The notes beneath the pieces were generated by a model, which was not told where the DNA came from, made no database searches, and saw nothing but the letters and a program-made list of their open reading frames with translations. Of a stretch of DNA of 64,000 bases, positions 62,969 through 64,000 are shown piece after piece; within the stretch, counting starts at the first letter, position 1; every line of letters starts with the position of its first letter. Source of the DNA: Desulfosudaceae bacterium (lineage in GTDB: Bacteria; Desulfobacterota; Desulfobacteria; Desulfobacterales; Desulfosudaceae); the NCBI GenBank assembly GCA_963674745.2, contig CAXXDV010000003.1, positions 1,376,001 to 1,440,000 of the forward strand. Direction: 5' to 3'. A program made the translations under genes and the position numbers.

Positions 62969-63254
62969 CTCCCGCAATCGTTTCACCCCATTTTCATCAC
63001 GAATTTTTCAAACCGTTAACACCACCTTTATCCCGACCTGGTCCAGGTTGTCGATATCAATAATATATCCGTTATAAAAAAGATATTTTCTTCATTTCGA
63101 GATTGTTATATAAAAATGATCATAAGGGGGGCATATTTAACCACATCTTATTCCTCTTTATTTTCGTCTCAGACATTCAATCGCCTCTTTTGTTTGTTGA
63201 TCGATAAGCGGAATGACGGACAGCCGCTTTAATCTCAATAGCGTGAGGTGAAAA

Positions 63255-64000
63255 ATGAACAATATGGCGCTCAATTTGGCGCTCGTTCACGATAAAACCC
63301 ATTCATTCGGCGATTTCCGCAGATTGTTTTTAAAAATCTTTTTTGTTTTTCCTGTTGTGTTTTTTTTATTCGTTCTGACAGGCCTGGCCGAAGACACAAC
63401 TATCGGGAAATTATATGATTTCCAGGGCCGGGTAAGTATCTCGAAAAATAACGGCCAATCCTTTCTTCCGGCTGAAAAAGAAGCCGGGCTGCACGAAGGG
63501 AATATTGTCAGGACCGGGCCTAAAAGCCGCGCGTTTATTCTTCTGGCTGATCAGAGCCTGATGACACTGGCCGAACAGAGTGAAGTTGCCTTAACCCGAG
63601 TGATGATTTCCGGCAATACCGGTTGGGGCCAGATGATCAACACCGCCCTGACCAGAGCCGTTTATTCAGCCTACAAACTGTTCAACGGGAAAATGCGCAT
63701 ACGCGCCTTTTATGCCATGGATATTGAGACCCCGACATCGGTAATCGGCGTTCGAGGCACCGAATTCGGCCTGGAAGTCACGCCAACCGGCGATACCATG
63801 CTGGCCATGCTGGAAGGAAGCGCCAGAATGTCAAACGACTATGGTTCGGTAATGGTCAATTCCGGTGAACAGGGCATGGCTGAAAAGGGTAAGGCACCTG
63901 TCAAACGGATTCTGGTAAACCCGGCGGATGCCGTGCAATGGTCCCTTCACTACCCGGTTGCACCTTATTTAAAAGACTATGCCCTGGTTTCAGGCAACCG
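63255..64000 (+). CDS. FecR-domain exported protein (runs off the window)
   Basis: Manual translation from ATG 63255 (SD GAGGTG): TM/signal, GNIVRTGPKSRAFILLAD, IETPTSVIGVRGTEF, MLEGSARM, PADAVQWSLHYP; no stop before 64000. Confidence 0.85.
   Translation, partial: MNNMALNLALVHDKTHSFGDFRRLFLKIFFVFPVVFFLFVLTGLAEDTTIGKLYDFQGRVSISKNNGQSFLPAEKEAGLHEGNIVRTGPKSRAFILLADQSLMTLAEQSEVALTRVMISGNTGWGQMINTALTRAVYSAYKLFNGKMRIRAFYAMDIETPTSVIGVRGTEFGLEVTPTGDTMLAMLEGSARMSNDYGSVMVNSGEQGMAEKGKAPVKRILVNPADAVQWSLHYPVAPYLKDYALVSGN

Overview
Bacterial chromosomal window, most likely from an anaerobic Desulfobacterota (deltaproteobacterial sulfate-reducer-like) genome; this is inferred from gene content and not proven. 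Left: a housekeeping run on the minus strand (mfd, two SurA-type proteins, rodZ, mgtE, recO, a truncated GHMP kinase), then tRNA-Thr(CGT), an acyltransferase-hydrolase fusion, a CoA-disulfide reductase-rhodanese, an NTP-transferase-GT2 fusion and a stand-alone mitochondrial-EFG1-like fusA. The standout is a ~10 kb operon (17933-27940), partly linked by stop/start overlaps. It encodes five radical-SAM domains in four proteins: two SPASM enzymes, a SPASM+HemN-like double fusion and a SPASM+U32-like fusion. It also has two stand-alone PqqD/RRE-like proteins, one broken by a 1-nt frameshift, and a Tat-lipoprotein 7-bladed WD40 protein whose C-terminal tail carries seven CxC[DN]x[IV] repeats and ends GGGHYWYPT. 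This looks like a RiPP-type system modifying a folded, exported protein rather than a short peptide (inference). Right: crcB/DUF190-CBS, a large zincin/FecR-like membrane protein, an AGCS symporter, RNase H, a CHASE2 adenylate cyclase-SH3-M48-FadL-lipoprotein operon, a C45 hydrolase, pqiAABC, an RND pump, an OprO/P-type porin, aldolase-SDR/VOC/lsrF and a truncated FecR-domain gene. Intergenic DNA holds a GTAG-type REP doublet, a 77-bp MITE-like element with a 4-bp target duplication, a twice-occurring hairpin with compensatory changes, and recurrent CAC(A/T)TAAN octamer arrays.
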